NCBI GenBank assembly: GCA_032718475.1
Contig: JAUCBJ010000607.1
Location: 1-64,000, forward strand
Origin: Nemertoderma westbladi
Lineage: Eukaryota; Animalia; Xenacoelomorpha
Direction of reading: 5' to 3'
Length of the DNA stretch: 64,000 nucleotides
The notes beneath the pieces were generated by a model. The model saw nothing but the letters and a program-made list of their open reading frames with translations, was not told where the DNA came from and did no database searches. The position numbers and the translations under genes are program-made. Below, piece after piece: positions 59,481-64,000 of the stretch. Position 1 is the stretch's first letter. Every line of letters begins with the position of its first letter.

Positions 59481-61612
59481 TCCAATTAGGATTTATACGG
59501 CTGGGATAGAGTGACTGAGTAAACACAACCTTTCTAAACTTGGAAAGTATAATACTTATCTGCAGTTTGGGCCTATCCCATTCAATAGCATTACTTGGCC
59601 ATCTTTATCAATTTTTCATTAGCACCAGCTGGCGCTCTTATCATTACGTCTAATGGGGGTGTTATTAGTTTTAAGTCTATTTTTCATTCCGTTTAGGCTG
59701 AAACCAGACAAGTCTCTAACATAGCATATGTTGCATCTTACGGAGTCGCAGAGTAGTCTACAGTTCTCCAGTCTACCGCTAGATTTATATAGAGCTATAT
59801 GAATTTAATCTCTGAAAGTGACCACCTTATCCAACATTGTTGTTTACAATCCTCTTAGGTTTATTATTTACAATCCTCTTAGGTTTATAATTTGATAGGT
59901 ATCTACTACAGACGTAGGCTGTATCTTTACGGAGTCGTATGCATTCCCCAGTCTAACGCTAGAGGGCTAAATGTCTGAAAGTGACCACGTCCTCCAACTT
60001 TGTTATTTACACTCAGTTTAAGCTGAATTCTGAAACTTGACAGTTATCTCAGCTGCGGTGTTTTGTTATGGTTTGGACCTGTTCTGTATGCAGTTCTCCA
60101 ATCTGCCACACATTTCTTCACATAATATTCACTTACCATCTGAACATGCACTAGAAAGCTACTACTACTTTCTAATTGTTAATAATATTTCCCTGCCATT
60201 CATGCCAAAGAGGAAGTTACATTTGGCCCCAGAATTTAAAATAAAACTTGGCAAACAAACGTTCATATATAACAATATTTTCTAGTATCCGCGTTTACTG
60301 ATTATATAGATATTTGTTGAATTTTGATTGATATATTTTGTTATAACATGTAAAATTAAAACATTTTTATTGAATTAGTGATGGGTCTACTGCTGTACTG
60401 ACTACTTGGGCTCTTAAATAAAATATGTTTACATTTCAGCGCAAATTTAACCATGGTATCCATTTGATCGCACAACCAGAGCATTGAAATTTAATAACAA
60501 AAGTAAAATGTACCCCATATTTCATTAATTTAATCTCGTAATATTTGCGTGGTTGGTTAGAAAGCTTTTTAACTGCAAAGCATTAATTTTTGTATGTTAG
60601 TACTAGAACACCATCGAGATGGCTTTAAACGAACCTGTCTAACACAGACTCCAAGATACAGATGGGAGTGGAAGATGCAAACCAAGAATGACTTGCATCA
60701 ACCAAAAAACTGCCCCCCTCTAATGTAATATAACATTCACCTAGACAAACAAATCATAATCACAATTATATACTGCGATGTGTGAAATGTTATCCATATC
60801 CGCAACCTGGGAAACGGCCCCAAAAGAGCAGTTTATTCTGCGGAGGGGTCTTTCTGTATTAGATAAATAAAATAAAGAACACGAATTATTTATACCTAAT
60901 ACATTCTCAGTTAGCCTAATGCAAGCATCGGAGCAACCAATATAATGTACGTACATGTTCTAGCCTCCTATGAAAGTTTGTGAAATCTTCCATTAAGTCT
61001 ACCCAACAGCCTGTTGGTATTCAGTTTTCTGATTTTGTTAGTTTAATCGACAGCTGTTGTAAACGTCCCAGATATACAATACAATACGATATAATTAATG
61101 TACGTAACTCCAATTGACAATAAGTAGTGAAATGTTGTTCAGCTGTAAAAGTGTAGTTCTAGGTATTTAATTTCGCGTTCCATAATGTATAATGTTGATA
61201 ATATGCTAATATTTCGAATATCGCACATCGAGTCGTTCCCAACTTTTTTATTCAACAACTAGATTCTAATTGATAAATCGTCGAATCGGCCATAGACTAG
61301 CATTACTGTGTGTTTCTGTTTAATATTTCACACAGCTGATAGCCTTCACACTCGACCCAAAGAGAATTAGTAATGTTACCCATACCAGGTCAATGAACGG
61401 TGTATTAAGTACTATTGCACTGTACTCTCATCTAATAATAATTGTTTTATTTAGAATAGATAACAGAAACCCCTACCCTACAATTGCAAACACAGACACG
61501 TTAAATCTTTTTAATTAAAAGGAGGCTTTTTCCATGTTTTCTTTCTGACCAAAAAATTTTTTTTTCGTAAACTGTACTGCCAATCGGTTCCCTATCAAAA
61601 GTAACGCAACAA

Positions 61613-62315
61613 TCGAACACAGTCGAAAATAGAAAGAGCACAAAAAAATAACACCGGTTACCAACTTTTAGATAAAATTAGCTACGCGTTGCTTTTCTAT
61701 AAGAAAATTCCTGAAATTGTTGAATAAAATTGTCGCGAAATTAAATATTCATTTCTTATCAGGTAGGCCTATCATTTGTTGTGTACTGCTGCACTGTATA
61801 ACAAACTATGTAAGGAAGCCTACCGGGTACCTTACCGACACATATAGTAATAGTGGGTTAGCTAATAGGCCTGTTTGCCTGTGTACTGGAACTGCTTCGT
61901 CTGTAACTGATTGCTGAGGATATGAATTAGGAAGATATCCCGTTACCGTACGCACTGTACATGACGTACGGTACAACATAGGTACCGGTACCGGTACCTA
62001 CCTGCTTACTGCTGTACTGGAATATAAAGAGCTGGGTCCCGGTTAGGTACCTACCCTGGCAGGTACCGCGGTAGGGATCTCTGTCCCGGTGGTAACAACA
62101 CTTAACTTCGGCCTACTACTATGTACAATTATTAGTTGTCGGCTTAGGGTAGGCCTGATGTGAAAATAAATGAATATTTAATTTCGCGACAATTTTATTC
62201 AATAATTTCGGGAATTTTCTTATAGAAAAGCAACGCGCGGCTAATTGTATCTAAAAGTTTGTACCCGCACCCGGTGCTATTTTTTTGTGCTCTTTCTATT
62301 TACGACTGTGTTCGA
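61613..62315. mobile_element. MITE/foldback-like element with ~150-bp inverted arms
   Basis: 61613-61770 is the reverse complement of ~62151-62315; the spacer is rich in GGTACC/ACCGGT palindromes; TSD not identified. Confidence 0.65.
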
Positions 62316-63144
62316 ATGTGTTCTGTAAAAATAACTATCCCATGTTTTGGCGACTGGGGGGGGGTAATTTTTTTTTGTTCCGCTATAACTCCGGAACGCT
62401 TTCTCCAAATTCGATGGGGTTTTTATTTTTCAACTTAATTTGATGTCCTCTTTCAGCCTATCCATGTTTCGAAACCCCAAACAGCGCCGTTCAAAAATTA
62501 ATTTTTTCTAGTTTTAGAATTTTACAAATTTCAAAAAAGTTGCAGTATTTTATTAACGCCTTTACGGAATTCGATAGCGTTATCAATTTTCATATTAAAC
62601 GCGATATCCTGAATCTCACTAGCCTAGTTTCGCGTCACCAATCCCGAGACTTCATACTTTTTGAGTAAATCTTTTTAGAATAATTTTTATTTAATTACAT
62701 TCATTAGGATTTCGTATTACTAATTATTACTATTATTAATTAATGGAGTTTTCAATTTATTAACTAAACACGATCGCTAACTAACTAAACGCTAACTAAA
62801 CTCGTTATCGCGCATCGGACCAGCATGTTTTCGAAATCCAAAACGAGGTCTTCACTTTTGCATGTTGATTTTGTTCTAGAATTAAGCAACTAATAGATCG
62901 AATTTATTAATAATTATTGTATGAAATATGATTGTATTTTTACATAATTAGTTCTATACATCGAAGCATAAAATATAAAACTGTAAAATTAATGTTTAAT
63001 AACGCCAATTCGTAACCAGGCACTCTGATTTGTAACCGGGAACTTCAAATTGTTAAAAGAATCAGATTTGCAACTAGAAACTTAGATTTGTTACCAGGAA
63101 CTCAATTTCGTAACCCCTACCAGTTATGCGTTTCTACAAAAGTA

Positions 63145-63984
63145 ATGAAAATATTTATATTAATAATTCTAATTGATACTATTCTGGGGTTTACATTTAA
63201 TGGATATAAACTAGTCGAACCAGATGGATCTAAATTTACTAGAGAATGTTTACGGAAAGAAGAAAGAAATAGTATTAGAGTACAAGTTGATTTTATTATT
63301 AATCAACAAAGTGAATTAACTATTCCCGATGTATTGGAATCAACGGTTATTGCTAAGGATGGTAAAGGTAACAACATACGAAGTGCGGAATGAAGTCAAC
63401 ACCAATAGAGATGATTGCTACAATAAGGAATAACAACTATCCTTGTGATGGATGGAATACAACAGAGATATATAAGTAGCAACACAGCCGGAGCTGAAGG
63501 ATATATAACTGTTGGGTTGAATCCTCCTGGTATTGAATCTATACCTGAGGTATTGGAGATAGAATAATACATTTTGATTAGCGTTCAAACGATAGTGGTA
63601 AATCTCCAAAACAACACGGCCTTCCCCGCCCAGAACGCGTTCCCACTTATAATAACTCTTCCACCACAATGTAAAGCTGATAATGATCCAGAGTGTAGCT
63701 GCGTGTACCGAGTTGTACTTATATAGAAGACAGTTCAGCTACATTAAACTGTAAGTTATCGGATTGGGTACCGGTACCGGTAGCTGGAAGTACATCAGGA
63801 GATTCTAGATGGAGTTGGTATAGTAACGGAGATACTATTGGTGGAGTCGTAACTGAACCAGGAGATACACTGAGTATAAATAGAGATCTAAGTCGTGGAG
63901 ATAATGGGGAAGTGTTTACATGTAAGGCGAGGAATATAGCTATAGAAGAGGATAAATCCTGTACCACTACGATCGTAGTTCAAT
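63145..63984 (+). pseudogene. Exon 1d copy (start of the next family member) with several small frameshifts
   Basis: MKIFILIILIDTILGFTFNGYKLVEPDGSKF...; homologous through the Ig domain to the donor caaT|GTAAGT at 63985; indels near 63381, 63430, 63468 and 63705. Confidence 0.8.
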
Positions 63985-64000
63985 GTAAGTTTGAGATATC

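Overview
This is AT-rich eukaryotic DNA, probably from an invertebrate, with GT-AG introns; it is not prokaryotic. The backbone is a + strand multi-exon cell-surface receptor gene with signal peptide, novel N-terminal domain, Ig domains, FN3, a transmembrane helix and a Tyr-rich tail (nephrin/Sidestep-like architecture). All exons join in phase 1 and occur as duplicated cassettes: exon1a+2a, exon1b+2b, exon3a, exon3b, then one shared TM/cytoplasmic exon, followed by two further exon-1 copies. The 3' end of exon 2 has been amplified into an 86-bp tandem repeat (~6 and ~112 copies); each unit reads as a 47-nt GT..AG mini-intron plus an in-frame 39-nt micro-exon. The introns hold a young 5.3-kb Ty3/Gypsy element with identical LTRs, inserted into that satellite, and an 18-kb Bel/Pao element. 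The Bel/Pao element has 2-kb LTRs, no canonical tRNA PBS, and an extra coding region with a DEDDy-like 3'-5' exonuclease and three CCHC knuckles. Also present: a PIF/Harbinger MITE, hAT ends, Helentron/HINE-like elements, CR1/L2 and RTE LINE fragments, a foldback element containing a head-to-head double LINE insertion, and micro/minisatellites. Several single-base frameshifts in otherwise intact ORFs may be consensus errors. All calls are by-eye motif recognition; no database searches were run.
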